Part shown: piece by piece, positions 17,516 through 27,284 of the stretch
Position numbering within the stretch: the stretch's first letter is position 1
Layout: each line of letters begins with the position of its first letter
IMG/VR virus record: IMGVR_UViG_3300045282_000096
Span: 1-56,010 of that record
DNA from: a virus
Lineage: Duplodnaviria > Caudoviricetes
Length of the DNA stretch: 56,010 nucleotides
Strand: one strand, 5' to 3'
Program-made: the position numbers and the translations under genes
The notes under the pieces: model-generated
The model's database searches: none
What the model was told of the DNA's origin: nothing
Seen by the model: only the letters and a program-made list of their open reading frames with translations

Positions 17516-17780
17516 TTGCTCGTTCGTAGGTGGCTTCGAAAATATCAGGCTTGCATGGGTAGAACTCGCCTTTAATACCTTTGATAACAAAGTCTCCCAA
17601 GGTCGCGTACATATTCCCATCTTTGGTGCGGATTAGCAACCCATCCCGTTCTGCTGGAGAAATAATTACATTAGCTTCTGGTGGGTATCCTTCGTGTGCC
17701 CATTGAATTATTTCAAAGGCATTCTCCTTGGTAAGCTGAAACGCCTCAATTACCACTGGCTTCTTTCGGTACTTTGGCAT
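17493..17780 (-). CDS. Conserved phage protein (YRKKPVVIEA...GEFYPCKPDIFEATY family)
   Basis: Highly recognisable widespread phage family motif. Confidence 0.8.
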   Translation of the reverse strand: MPKYRKKPVVIEAFQLTKENAFEIIQWAHEGYPPEANVIISPAERDGLLIRTKDGNMYATLGDFVIKGIKGEFYPCKPDIFEATYERANGIFPQV

Positions 17781-17781
17781 A

Positions 17782-18162
17782 TCACTTCACCTCCGCAAGT
17801 TCAGGTGCATCGCCAATGATTTCAGCGATGGTTTTGGGGGTAACTTTTTCCCCATCGACAATTGCTTCAACAGTTTTGTCTGTGCCGGGAATGGCCATAT
17901 CAACACCGATGGTTTTCATCCCTTTCGCCACTGTCACTTTCAAAGGCGCTGTTTCCAAACCACGAATCGCCATTGCTGAATTGCCGTATCTCACAGCGAG
18001 AGCACCCGCTTGATCGTGATTCACTTTGCCGACTGCGAGTTGCCATTTGACGATTTCGCGCAAGGCGGCGGCGATGAAACTGTCACGAGCATTGGAGTCA
18101 GAAAGAGATGCTTTTACTTCGGGAGGTTTGGCGACAGGTGTGGACTTATCAGTTATTGCCAT
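17782..18162 (-). CDS. Hypothetical protein
   Basis: 126-aa ORF. Confidence 0.55.
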   Translation of the reverse strand: MAITDKSTPVAKPPEVKASLSDSNARDSFIAAALREIVKWQLAVGKVNHDQAGALAVRYGNSAMAIRGLETAPLKVTVAKGMKTIGVDMAIPGTDKTVEAIVDGEKVTPKTIAEIIGDAPELAEVK

Positions 18163-18232
18163 AAGAATGGACGGCGAGTTGTGACTGGTGGTTCAGCCAT
18201 TAAGTTACGTTATCGTTACCGAAGCGAAAATG

Positions 18233-20542
18233 TCAAGCGGATTCAGGATTTGGCGTGGGTTTCAACCGAAGCTTCTCAAGTTCAATCTGCGCCATTTGCA
18301 ATTGTTGCTGCAAGTCGGCAGCATGTTTCTCCGCGTCCTGACGCTGCTTTTGCTCGAACTGTAACTGGCGTTGAGCGGTTTTTTGTGCATGACTTTCGCT
18401 CGCCAATTGAGCCTTGGTCTGAGCGAGAATAACCGTCGCCTGTGCCTTGGCTGCATCCTGCGGATCGCCGCCCTGTTGTTGAGCAGCTTGTTCTGCTGCC
18501 TGCTGTTGACGTTGGGAAAACCCTTTGATTTCGTTCTCAGCTTTACCAAGTATATCTCCAGCCTCTTTAACAAGAGCCTTTTGGGATTTGTCTTGAGCGA
18601 GTTGCTGAATGAAAGCGTTCGTGTATTGCGCCGCCGCCTCAAGACCCTTTACTTCCTGAGGTGTGCCCATGCCGTTGGTTTGAAGTATCTCCTGCACCTT
18701 GCCTTCGATTTGTCTCAGCATCGTGCCAATAACTTCAATCGGATTAAGTCCCGGACGTGGAGTGACAGAACCACCAGCAAGGAATACTCCAAAAGTCTTT
18801 TCAGCATCATTCACCGAATCACTGACCACTGGCATTTCAGGCACCCAACTATTTGCCAGCTTCCAATCGCCAGTAATGCTTCCAGCGTAGAGCCGTAGAA
18901 TTTCATTCTGAGCCTCGGGCGGATAAGCGACACGAGCAGCCATCATCTTGTCAGCAATTTGTGCCTGCAACATTTGATTCCCGCCACCCATGATACGGTT
19001 CACTTGAATATCCCAACGGTCGGAATTCAATGCTTCTTCTGGCACACCTTGCTTGAGCACCTCGACACGAAATTCCCGCACATCGGCGTCCTTGGAATCT
19101 TTGATGCAGAAGCGGCGGCAGATTTCACGATACCTCGATTCCTCCCGATAGTAGATCGTGTTCATCATGCTACTGACGAGTGATGCCTGACTGTTGACCT
19201 TGGCCATCGTGCGGGTGGCCGTCTCGCCTTCACCGCTTTGTTCATCGTAATCCTGAGAGAATGACGTGCTCTTATCGGCCATGCTCTGGCGATTCATGCC
19301 GATGGCTTCGCTTACAAGGGCTTGATCAATCTTCCATCGCTCCTCGGGTTTAACGAACTGCAATCCTTCTGGAAGGATTCCCATGTGAACAAGATCAATC
19401 TTTTGCAATCGGTCACGGTCGGATGGATCGTTGACTCGGAAGTATTGCATCAACGCCTCAAATACAGCGTCGTTGAATTTGCACTTGAGGCGATTTTGTA
19501 GGTGGCAGACGGAATAAGTGAGAAAGCCCAAAGAACGTATTGACTTATAACGAGCGGGTCGAACTGCGCTAGCATCTCCGAACTGGAAGTGGATAAACTT
19601 GTCCAGCTTATCGGCGTATATACGATCCCCACTCGTGTAGAGGAATTTACCTTTGGAGAAATCAAGATGCTTCTTTCGTTCGAAGGTTCTGCTTTTGAGA
19701 CTGTTTGCCGGAACGCCACCAACCCCAGGTTGACCCCATGCGTCTATGATGATGCGCCGTTTCCATCCCTGTTGCTCATCATCATCGTCCCAATAGAAAA
19801 GATCGTAGGCGTCAACAGTCGGCAGCAGGTCTGAACAATACATTCCGCCATCTTCTTTGAATCGCTCTGTCCACTTTTCTGGAAACCATTGGTCTTTCCA
19901 ATTGTCGGAGTAAAGGCGCGTCGTTTCTTTGTCCACCCATTCAAGAGCGCCGTCAACAACCTCCATGTTCCAACCGGGGTCCGTTCTTGGGCCATGCGTC
20001 ATCTTCCAAAGTTGATTAACGCTGTAACTGCGATAGATGGCAAATGCCGGAAGGTTGCGAAGTGAGCGCAGTGTGTTTGACGGCATCAGCACGTCTTCGA
20101 TACCAAGCTCAGTTTGCAGCCAGCGTTGATCGTCTTCCCACACCGATGGACCCACACCGTGGAGCACGATACTGCCAGCAATGCCCTCACGCAGATCGTA
20201 AAACTCCGAAGACTTGATGAGGCATTTGTTAATCGCCTTCTCAATCGCCTTACCCCATGTCATGCGCTTGTGAGCTGGCCCGTAATCGAGATTTACGCTG
20301 AATAGGGGATTGGCCGAACAGATGGCATTGGACACATGGCGGCGGGCGTCCAGAAGCAACTCGGTGGTATCGAGGAAGTTAGTGTTGGTAGCAATGTGAT
20401 TGGTCGCGGCTTCCTCAGCAGTCCATGGTGGAGCACCATTGGCCTGCGCGTTAATTAGTGCGCGATTCTCCGAAGTGATTTGGGCGTTAAGTAATAAATT
20501 CCAAACGAACGCCTCGACAGAAGTTGGAGTTGCAAAATTTAT
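18233..20542 (-). CDS. Portal protein (true start probably ATA at 20542; track start 20359)
   Basis: More than 700 aa with a Gln-rich coiled-coil C-terminus, upstream of scaffold and capsid. The frame stays open upstream with RALIN..ANG.PPW...NTNF. Confidence 0.75.
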   Translation of the reverse strand: MNFATPTSVEAFVWNLLLNAQITSENRALINAQANGAPPWTAEEAATNHIATNTNFLDTTELLLDARRHVSNAICSANPLFSVNLDYGPAHKRMTWGKAIEKAINKCLIKSSEFYDLREGIAGSIVLHGVGPSVWEDDQRWLQTELGIEDVLMPSNTLRSLRNLPAFAIYRSYSVNQLWKMTHGPRTDPGWNMEVVDGALEWVDKETTRLYSDNWKDQWFPEKWTERFKEDGGMYCSDLLPTVDAYDLFYWDDDDEQQGWKRRIIIDAWGQPGVGGVPANSLKSRTFERKKHLDFSKGKFLYTSGDRIYADKLDKFIHFQFGDASAVRPARYKSIRSLGFLTYSVCHLQNRLKCKFNDAVFEALMQYFRVNDPSDRDRLQKIDLVHMGILPEGLQFVKPEERWKIDQALVSEAIGMNRQSMADKSTSFSQDYDEQSGEGETATRTMAKVNSQASLVSSMMNTIYYREESRYREICRRFCIKDSKDADVREFRVEVLKQGVPEEALNSDRWDIQVNRIMGGGNQMLQAQIADKMMAARVAYPPEAQNEILRLYAGSITGDWKLANSWVPEMPVVSDSVNDAEKTFGVFLAGGSVTPRPGLNPIEVIGTMLRQIEGKVQEILQTNGMGTPQEVKGLEAAAQYTNAFIQQLAQDKSQKALVKEAGDILGKAENEIKGFSQRQQQAAEQAAQQQGGDPQDAAKAQATVILAQTKAQLASESHAQKTAQRQLQFEQKQRQDAEKHAADLQQQLQMAQIELEKLRLKPTPNPESA

Positions 20543-20562
20543 ACCCCTGATGTATCGGGGAT

Positions 20563-20805
20563 TTAACGCTTGCGGTCAAGGCTTGAGAACGTCTTACCGT
20601 TTCGGTGCCACATCCACCGCAATCCTAATTTACGGAAATCACTCCAATAAAATCCAATGTGAATAGGGTTTTCAAGCTGACCTCCCCAATTGTTTGAAAG
20701 TGAAATACCGACTTTGTTGGCATACAGATACAATCGCGTGTGAGCCTTTGATTTCCAATCAATCACGAATAGATGCCGCCGCGTCGGATACAATTGAAAG
20801 TTCAT
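20563..20805 (-). CDS. Hypothetical Trp-rich protein
   Basis: 80-aa ORF, ATGA-coupled. Confidence 0.45.
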   Translation of the reverse strand: MNFQLYPTRRHLFVIDWKSKAHTRLYLYANKVGISLSNNWGGQLENPIHIGFYWSDFRKLGLRWMWHRNGKTFSSLDRKR

Positions 20806-21182
20806 ACAAACAACATATCAAACTCCTCCATCGATCTAATGACATGTACGGTATGTCCATTGCGGGCTGCGTGAGCTATAAACCCTTGCTGCTCTACGGT
20901 AAGCTTGCCAGTCTTGGTTTTGCACTCCACGAGGAAGCTTCGACCACCATTGGCAAGGATATTGAAATCCATTTCGCCCTCGGTTCGAAAAGTTTTATGC
21001 GCCATGCTCCCATGCAAATACTGCCACCCCTTCGATTTGCAGTAGTCGATGATTTGATTGTGCAGATCGCATTCATCATCAACCAAAATGTTTCGAAGCT
21101 GCTCGGGGCCTAGGTTGGGCGTTACGCCTTGCATCTGACGCGCTTGAAAGGCTCTATACTGTTCTGGAGTTATGTTCGGCAT
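20802..21182 (-). CDS. VRR-NUC nuclease
   Basis: E.DLH.QI..Y, GEMD, VECKT..GKLT.EQ..F...G..V.VIRS. Confidence 0.85.
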   Translation of the reverse strand: MPNITPEQYRAFQARQMQGVTPNLGPEQLRNILVDDECDLHNQIIDYCKSKGWQYLHGSMAHKTFRTEGEMDFNILANGGRSFLVECKTKTGKLTVEQQGFIAHAARNGHTVHVIRSMEEFDMLFV

Positions 21183-21183
21183 A

Positions 21184-21768
21184 TCACTTCTTCCTTATCA
21201 CGCACAACTCGCGGGCAAAGTAAATGGAATCGGCAGTGCTGGTTCCTGCAATGATTCCATTTGCCCACGCCTGTATGTGCTTTGCCGCCTCTGGTGCTGA
21301 GTTAAGGTCTTCAATCTCGTAGATGCCTCCAGACTTGATGTGCGGCCACATGCAACTGATTGTTGTCATTATGTCATCGCTCTGGTGAGAGCCATCGTCA
21401 ATGAACACATCGAAGTCACCGTAAGTTTGAACGAACTTGCTCCAGAACTTTGGATCTGACTGATTGCCGCAGGAGAAAGTGTACCGCTCGTGAGTTGGAA
21501 TGCCGGGTGTGTTCCACTCGTTGGTTCCAGAAACTAAGTCGATCCCAAAGATTTTGGCTCTTGGGAAGTATTCCAGCCAGCCACGAATGGACTCCCCGCC
21601 TCCAACCCCAACTTCCACGAGCTTGATTGGATTGCTTCGCCAAAGCTCAAAGAATCTCTCAAGATGAACGCAGTAATTGTGAGGGCGTGCATACGTTCGT
21701 GAGAATTGGGAGGCTTTGTCACTTTCAACTGCTACCATAATCTCATCAAGAGTCTTCATGGCTCCCAC
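21184..21768 (-). CDS. Class I SAM-dependent (sugar O-)methyltransferase
   Basis: LVEVGVGGG.S...W..YFP.A.IFGID, FDVFIDDGSH, GGIYEIED. Confidence 0.8.
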   Translation of the reverse strand: MGAMKTLDEIMVAVESDKASQFSRTYARPHNYCVHLERFFELWRSNPIKLVEVGVGGGESIRGWLEYFPRAKIFGIDLVSGTNEWNTPGIPTHERYTFSCGNQSDPKFWSKFVQTYGDFDVFIDDGSHQSDDIMTTISCMWPHIKSGGIYEIEDLNSAPEAAKHIQAWANGIIAGTSTADSIYFARELCVIRKK

Positions 21769-22862
21769 TTCTCCCTGTCAACCAAATGAAAATACATATT
21801 CAATTTCCTACTCTTGCACTCTTTGCAAAAACTGTGATTCACCCGCTGTTCAATGAATTGCTCTGGCGTCGTGTCTAGATAATCCGTGAGCTTCAATCGC
21901 CTGTCAGCCGTGCAAGCGCACAGCGAAGTCTGTCCATCGTGACGGATGAAAGTAAAAAGGCCACCAGCGCCAACTGGACAAATCTCTGACTCTGGAATGT
22001 CAGCATACATCTCACGCGCCTTCGTCGGTGGTATCTTCAAGCGAGCCATTGCCTTTTCGTAAGTCTCACCAGATGGAGGCAATATCCAATTCAGATTAGG
22101 CTCTCCTTTGTATACCTCAAATGGTTCTGATTTTGGATCGTGGGCGCGACAATACTGAACGGCATTCTCCATTGAAATCGCACGCGCCATTGACGTGAAG
22201 AAACCAAGACCGAGATTCTGAGCATACTCCCGCATTGGTTCAATCTCGTGTTCGTTATCGTTATAGACGTGGTAGTTGACTGAGATTCGAACGCGCTTTT
22301 CTTCTGGAATGCGATTGTTGGTTTCGGCCAACGTTCGCATGTTCTCTTTGACTCGTTCGATATTCCCGCCAGCGTGACCGCGCACGTAAATGTCTTGGGT
22401 GAATCCTGAGAGCGAGATGATTATGAAGTCGGGTTTCGCCGCTAGCAGGTCATCAATGCGATTGAGCACATTTAGATTGGTGGACATTTCGGGGTGCAGT
22501 CCGTAACGATGAATGGCCAATATGCACTCGGGTAATTTTGGGTGTAGCAGGGGTTCAGAATTACCGTAACACATGACCATTGCATTTGGATTTTCGTGCG
22601 AAATCTTTTCAAGAATGGCATCCATCAACATCGGGTCCATGAATCCACTCTTGTGCTCATAACGAAGCCCTTGGATTGGACGTTGGTTGCCCTTCGTGCA
22701 CGTTGGGCAGAACAAATTACACGCGGAATTTATTTCGAGGAATACCCGCCACGGTTTCAGCTTCACCGTCTCCGCACTGATAGCGCCGTCGATGAACGGG
22801 AGGCAAGAGTCAGTGTAGGCTTGTTGGAGAGCGGGGGTCATTAAACGTGCCATCCTCCCCAC
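21756..22862 (-). CDS. Radical SAM enzyme with C-terminal Cys cluster (twitch/SPASM-like)
   Basis: CNLFCPTC, EPLLHP, STN and C-terminal CP...CAC...CKEC. Confidence 0.85.
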   Translation of the reverse strand: MGRMARLMTPALQQAYTDSCLPFIDGAISAETVKLKPWRVFLEINSACNLFCPTCTKGNQRPIQGLRYEHKSGFMDPMLMDAILEKISHENPNAMVMCYGNSEPLLHPKLPECILAIHRYGLHPEMSTNLNVLNRIDDLLAAKPDFIIISLSGFTQDIYVRGHAGGNIERVKENMRTLAETNNRIPEEKRVRISVNYHVYNDNEHEIEPMREYAQNLGLGFFTSMARAISMENAVQYCRAHDPKSEPFEVYKGEPNLNWILPPSGETYEKAMARLKIPPTKAREMYADIPESEICPVGAGGLFTFIRHDGQTSLCACTADRRLKLTDYLDTTPEQFIEQRVNHSFCKECKSRKLNMYFHLVDREKWEP

Positions 22863-23194
22863 TGTCGGTCAAAATGAATTCGGATCGGAAGGCATGGAAT
22901 TAAACAAACCCAAATCTCCAAATCGGAAGTTGAGCTTTCGTCCATTGGCAGAGTTTGTCGTCTCCAAAAAATACCAATCCATAAATCAGCAAGCTTCCAT
23001 TCTATCGCAACACTTGTTTTCCACGACCACCCATCAGTTCCGATACCAGGACCAAGGCCATGAATTCCCATTATTCTAAAAAGCCTCAATCGTTTCTCAT
23101 ACTTACTAAATCTTCCAACCCATTTGAACCTCCGCCAACCGCTTGGGCGTTTTGATGATGGGCGATGCTGATGCTGCGTCGTTTCTGTTTTCAT
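22841..23194 (-). CDS. Hypothetical Trp-rich protein
   Basis: DLWIGIFW...IWVCLIPCLPI pattern. Confidence 0.5.
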   Translation of the reverse strand: MKTETTQHQHRPSSKRPSGWRRFKWVGRFSKYEKRLRLFRIMGIHGLGPGIGTDGWSWKTSVAIEWKLADLWIGIFWRRQTLPMDESSTSDLEIWVCLIPCLPIRIHFDRQWGGWHV

Positions 23195-23197
23195 AAA

Positions 23198-23911
23198 TTA
23201 AGTTCCAATCCCTCCCGCATAATAATTCTTCACTTTCGGCAACCGTGGACCAATGCTCAAAATGACTTCCGCCTCATAGCGACTGTCAATTGAATCAATA
23301 CCAGAGTCTTTGATACGCTGCCGCGTCATCACACTTGGAAGCGTTCTCAGAAACGAAGCGCGGACCCAGTAACAGGTGCCAGCGAAATAGAACTGGCTCT
23401 TGTCCCAACCTTGGTGTTCCAGCCAATGGCAACCCACCGCTTCATGGCCATTTCGTAAGTCCTTTACACACTGCCTCCAATCTTCAACGCAATGCTTCAT
23501 CATTCTTCGACGCCATGGAGTTGATGTATTTTTTCCGTAATCAGAATCGGGGCCGTGAGAAGCTCCTTTTGAGTGGAGCAGTAAAATGTAAGCCTCTCCA
23601 GCATGGGTTTTGCACCAGTCTTCGACCATCAGCAGCGTGCGAAGCTCATTACGGCACTGAGAGCCGTGATAAACAATTTTGGTCACTGGTGGAATTATTC
23701 CGGCAGCGTGTATGCTGTCGCTTTCATCTCCATTGATGCCAACGTGTATCTCGTAGGCGGCATCATACAGTCCACTCTCTTTCAATGCCTTCATTTGCTC
23801 GTGAACGATGGGACGAGAAGAAGGCAAATGCTTGCCGTCTATGTTGAACACCGCATGATAAAAAATTACGATAGGGTGACTCATCACGAACAATGAAAAT
23901 AAGGCACGCAA
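23198..23911 (-). CDS. Putative glycosyltransferase
   Basis: IVIFYH, E..TL, LLLHSKG, WR..M, FAGT.YW.RASF...LP, RY.AE; a GT-like family seen in phages and large viruses. Confidence 0.6.
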   Translation of the reverse strand: MRALFSLFVMSHPIVIFYHAVFNIDGKHLPSSRPIVHEQMKALKESGLYDAAYEIHVGINGDESDSIHAAGIIPPVTKIVYHGSQCRNELRTLLMVEDWCKTHAGEAYILLLHSKGASHGPDSDYGKNTSTPWRRRMMKHCVEDWRQCVKDLRNGHEAVGCHWLEHQGWDKSQFYFAGTCYWVRASFLRTLPSVMTRQRIKDSGIDSIDSRYEAEVILSIGPRLPKVKNYYAGGIGT

Positions 23912-24585
23912 GATAATGTGTCGCCCACAATGAGTTGTTCTTGATTTGCATTATGGAACCCGCCAACAAGCGAATCACACTGATTGAGTGGCTTCACGTC
24001 ATTGAACGTTGCCACCCATGCGGACCTTCCAGTGTTAAGCACCCACGTCGTCAATCCCTCAGCACCGTGTTCGTAAGGATACCTTTGCGAGTTATCCGTG
24101 ACCCGAAACGGATGTTCGTTGATTAGTTTTGGCGAGCACCAAAAGCCAGTGGTTCTGATGTGAGGCCAAACCCTGACTTTTCCATCTCCCTGATTTCCGC
24201 TGGCCCCATAAAGCCCATCTCCAAGGCTCTGATAGACTTCAACCATTCGCCGCAACCATCCTGGTCCGCGAAAGTAAGTGCCTCCACCAAAGAACACCAT
24301 CAGATCACAGATCACATTCTGAGCCGCGTATTGGTAGCTGCCAATATCCATGCCAACGTTTTCACGAAAGAGAAACTTCGTGGGTTTGATTGGCGCGAAG
24401 ATTTTGTAAGCCTCTCCATTCGGACGACCGCCGTTGCTGACGACAATCATCATGTGATCCATCAGCGGCGGATTGGCCACATACGTGGACACGAAGCGTT
24501 CAGCAAGGCGTGCGTGTTGGGGGCCGAAGATAGGAACGGGATAATTATATATAACTGCGATCTTCATTTTAATTCGACCGCGCAA
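23884..24585 (-). CDS. Putative glycosyltransferase (RgpF/GT2-like)
   Basis: IVVSNG, RENVGMDIGSY, PHIRTTGFW, YEHG. Confidence 0.6.
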   Translation of the reverse strand: MRGRIKMKIAVIYNYPVPIFGPQHARLAERFVSTYVANPPLMDHMMIVVSNGGRPNGEAYKIFAPIKPTKFLFRENVGMDIGSYQYAAQNVICDLMVFFGGGTYFRGPGWLRRMVEVYQSLGDGLYGASGNQGDGKVRVWPHIRTTGFWCSPKLINEHPFRVTDNSQRYPYEHGAEGLTTWVLNTGRSAWVATFNDVKPLNQCDSLVGGFHNANQEQLIVGDTLSCVPYFHCS

Positions 24586-25018
24586 AATCTCCGTGATATT
24601 TCAAAACGGCTTCATTCCGAGCAGTTTTAGCCTCCTCAGGTGTTTTGAATGTTCCAAGATGGATGGTCTTCCCTTCGTGCCCAATATCTGCAACGTATTT
24701 ATTTCGCTTCTTCCAAAACCACACTCCTTTTACACCGAGTTTGTTCCTTTTTGTGACTGCTGTATTCCGAAGATTTTGTTTGTGGGTAACAATTCTCAAA
24801 TTGCATTTTCGGTTATCTAATCGGTTTCCATTGATGTGGTCCGTATCAAAACCATCGGGCGTGTTCATCACCACCCTGTGCATGTAAACAGATTTTCCGT
24901 TCGCGTTTCTATGGGCATATCCCTTGCCGACATAAGTCCAATGATACTGAGCAATTTTCTCAAAATCCTCATCATCAACGATTGCGACGTGACCCTTATT
25001 AAGTTCAATAACTTTCAT
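24569..25018 (-). CDS. HNH endonuclease with AP2 domain
   Basis: AIVDDED, MHR, DHINGNRLDNRKCNLR, GVKGV...HLG.F...EEA. Confidence 0.92.
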   Translation of the reverse strand: MKVIELNKGHVAIVDDEDFEKIAQYHWTYVGKGYAHRNANGKSVYMHRVVMNTPDGFDTDHINGNRLDNRKCNLRIVTHKQNLRNTAVTKRNKLGVKGVWFWKKRNKYVADIGHEGKTIHLGTFKTPEEAKTARNEAVLKYHGDFARSN

Positions 25019-25209
25019 CGCACAGTCCTTATCAAAAGCTTAATGATGCAGTAGATTGAGATAGCAGCGCATATCCCCGCACACACAATGTAAAACGATT
25101 CGCTTTTCCAAGCGCGTTCGATTTTTAACGAGCACCACACGTAGGCGGCATAGACAATCAACACGAGTTGCTTGAAGATGCCGCGTTCTTCGTATTCGTC
25201 GTTGTTCAT
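25015..25209 (-). CDS. Small membrane protein
   Basis: Hydrophobic segments; probable start MNNDE. Confidence 0.45.
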   Translation of the reverse strand: MNNDEYEERGIFKQLVLIVYAAYVWCSLKIERAWKSESFYIVCAGICAAISIYCIIKLLIRTVR

Positions 25210-25409
25210 CAGTATCTCACCTTCCTCACCCCCGGCATTTTGAAATCGGAGATGACCGCTGTTCGACACTGAGACCCCCAATCAATCGTCGCATATTCAA
25301 GAGCCTGATGTGCGGTATCGGCAGCGACTTCACCAATAAGCTTCCAGTCCTTGTCACGCACGGCATAGACCTTCGTTGGGAATGCGGGGTTAACGAGTCG
25401 GGCGGTCAT
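25209..25409 (-). CDS. Hypothetical protein
   Basis: 66 aa, coupled to its neighbours. Confidence 0.45.
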   Translation of the reverse strand: MTARLVNPAFPTKVYAVRDKDWKLIGEVAADTAHQALEYATIDWGSQCRTAVISDFKMPGVRKVRY

Positions 25410-25693
25410 GGAATAGGGCGATTCTTTCGAATTAAGTATTGAACGCTTTTTAGCTGCTCGGAAACATCATCTGGTAACACCCAAAAATCCGATATGGATG
25501 GGATTACTGGTATGATGTTAGAATTAAATATCAGGATTTCTCCACACTTCGCGCAACAAGAAAAGTCTCCCTCTCTGGGTCTGTGATCCCCGTCGGCGCA
25601 CGTTGCCGCATCCATGGCATATCCACACGTTGGACACGGTGTCTCTTTTATCACCGAACCATCCGCTGCCGTTCTGCACTTTTGAACACTCAC
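25406..25693 (-). CDS. Zinc-finger hypothetical protein
   Basis: CPTCG...P.EGD.S.C.KCG. Confidence 0.6.
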   Translation of the reverse strand: MSVQKCRTAADGSVIKETPCPTCGYAMDAATCADGDHRPREGDFSCCAKCGEILIFNSNIIPVIPSISDFWVLPDDVSEQLKSVQYLIRKNRPIP

Positions 25694-25898
25694 GGCTTTT
25701 GCGCTCCAATCTTCGCAAGTATCTGCCTGCCGATTTTAGAGTTTATGTAAACCTCTTGGTATTTCTTCATCACACAAAATATCTGCGCGGATTTCAGTAA
25801 GTTGAAAGTGGCCACATCTCCATTATCCCAATTGACACGACCGTACGGTGAGAAGACTCGATACACTTCAAACACATGGTCCCAAAGTATGATGACAT

Positions 25899-27284
25899 TC
25901 ATGCCAGCATTTCCCCTGTCAATTCGTAGAAGGCTCCCGGTCGATGCAGTCTCGTGTTGGGATTTGCGGTCCATTCTTCGACTATCACATTTTTGTGAAG
26001 CCCATGGGCGATTGCCAGCGGCAAGCTTTGGTTTCCAATAAACAGTTTGCAGCCAGCAATTGCTTGAGCCAAATGCAGCGCGTTGTCTGTTTTCCAATAA
26101 GGCACTTTGCAATGTGGCGCTAATCCGCAAAACAGTCCATGCTCTAACTCGGTCCCAACAAACACCATATCATTGTGGTGCTTTTCAATCAGTCTTGGCC
26201 AGTTGAAATCGTGATTCAAATATCTCTGAGTCCGGTTGACCACGATGGGTCTTCCGCCAAACGGAATCGACTTTGGAACTGTCAACCACGGTTCCGTTGG
26301 CATCGGCAGGTTGAACGCATCCATGTGCAGCTTGAGGATTGAATCGTTGTCCTTGGCGCTGCGTTGCTTCCACGGAATGCGGAAGCGGTTAAGGTCGTAA
26401 TCTGTGCTAAAGGGAAAACCATGTGTGTATTGGACCTTCCAAATATATGGCTGCGCTTCGAATAGTGGCCGCAGATTGTCCATAAATTCAGGCGATCCGC
26501 CCGTCCGTGTCCATCGTGAGTCGAGTGGGTGGGGATAACGATTAAACGGCGTCAGGAATAGAACACCTTCGCCAAGAGCCTTGATGACTGGAAGTGCGTA
26601 CACGCAATCCCCCGCGTCCCCAGAATGGCAATAGACTTTGCACGGTTTCTTTTCTCGTGGAATAACCGAGAGCATCGAATGAAACCCGAAAGAATTGCTC
26701 CACTTGTTCGGTATGCCTTGCCATTCCTTCCCGTCATAAGCGCGTCCCTCAAACGACAAGCGACGAGCCAACGGAGCGGGCATGAACTTCATGCCTTGAG
26801 ATTCAAGGTCTTTTCTAAACCTCACCGATATTGCGGCGTCTTCAGCGTGGTCCTCGCCCTCGGGAAGCTTTGAGCAGGCCTCCATCAAACGCTTCGATCT
26901 AATTCCAAAACCGCCATTCCCCACCGTGTCACTTGGCTGGAATGGTGCCCCACCAAAGTCATACCGCAAGAATTCATCAGTCCACGATTCGGCATGAATC
27001 GGGAAACCGTCCCACTGGACAATCAATGCGTGAGATGTGCCCACATACTTATGAAGCTCTCGCATCATAAATTTGCTGTATCCATCAAGCCCTGTGATGC
27101 GTGGAATCTTTACCGCAAACGGTTGGGATAAATCGTGAGTGAGTAATTTAACAGCGGGAAACTCGCATTGCTCCAACGTCCTTTTAATTGCACGGCTCGC
27201 CAGATTCACTTTGTCAGTGCAATCAACCGAAATCAGAGTTGTGTCAAAAATATGAGTCACAAAGACAGGAGTAATTGTCCGCAA
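25899..27284 (-). CDS. Bifunctional glycosyltransferase-like protein (DUF5672 + GT9-like)
   Basis: HALIVQWDG..W..EFL.YD..GAP..VGNGGF.IRSK and HSGDAGD...LP...IAGCKLFIGNQS.P.AIA.GL. Confidence 0.75.
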   Translation of the reverse strand: MRTITPVFVTHIFDTTLISVDCTDKVNLASRAIKRTLEQCEFPAVKLLTHDLSQPFAVKIPRITGLDGYSKFMMRELHKYVGTSHALIVQWDGFPIHAESWTDEFLRYDFGGAPFQPSDTVGNGGFGIRSKRLMEACSKLPEGEDHAEDAAISVRFRKDLESQGMKFMPAPLARRLSFEGRAYDGKEWQGIPNKWSNSFGFHSMLSVIPREKKPCKVYCHSGDAGDCVYALPVIKALGEGVLFLTPFNRYPHPLDSRWTRTGGSPEFMDNLRPLFEAQPYIWKVQYTHGFPFSTDYDLNRFRIPWKQRSAKDNDSILKLHMDAFNLPMPTEPWLTVPKSIPFGGRPIVVNRTQRYLNHDFNWPRLIEKHHNDMVFVGTELEHGLFCGLAPHCKVPYWKTDNALHLAQAIAGCKLFIGNQSLPLAIAHGLHKNVIVEEWTANPNTRLHRPGAFYELTGEMLA

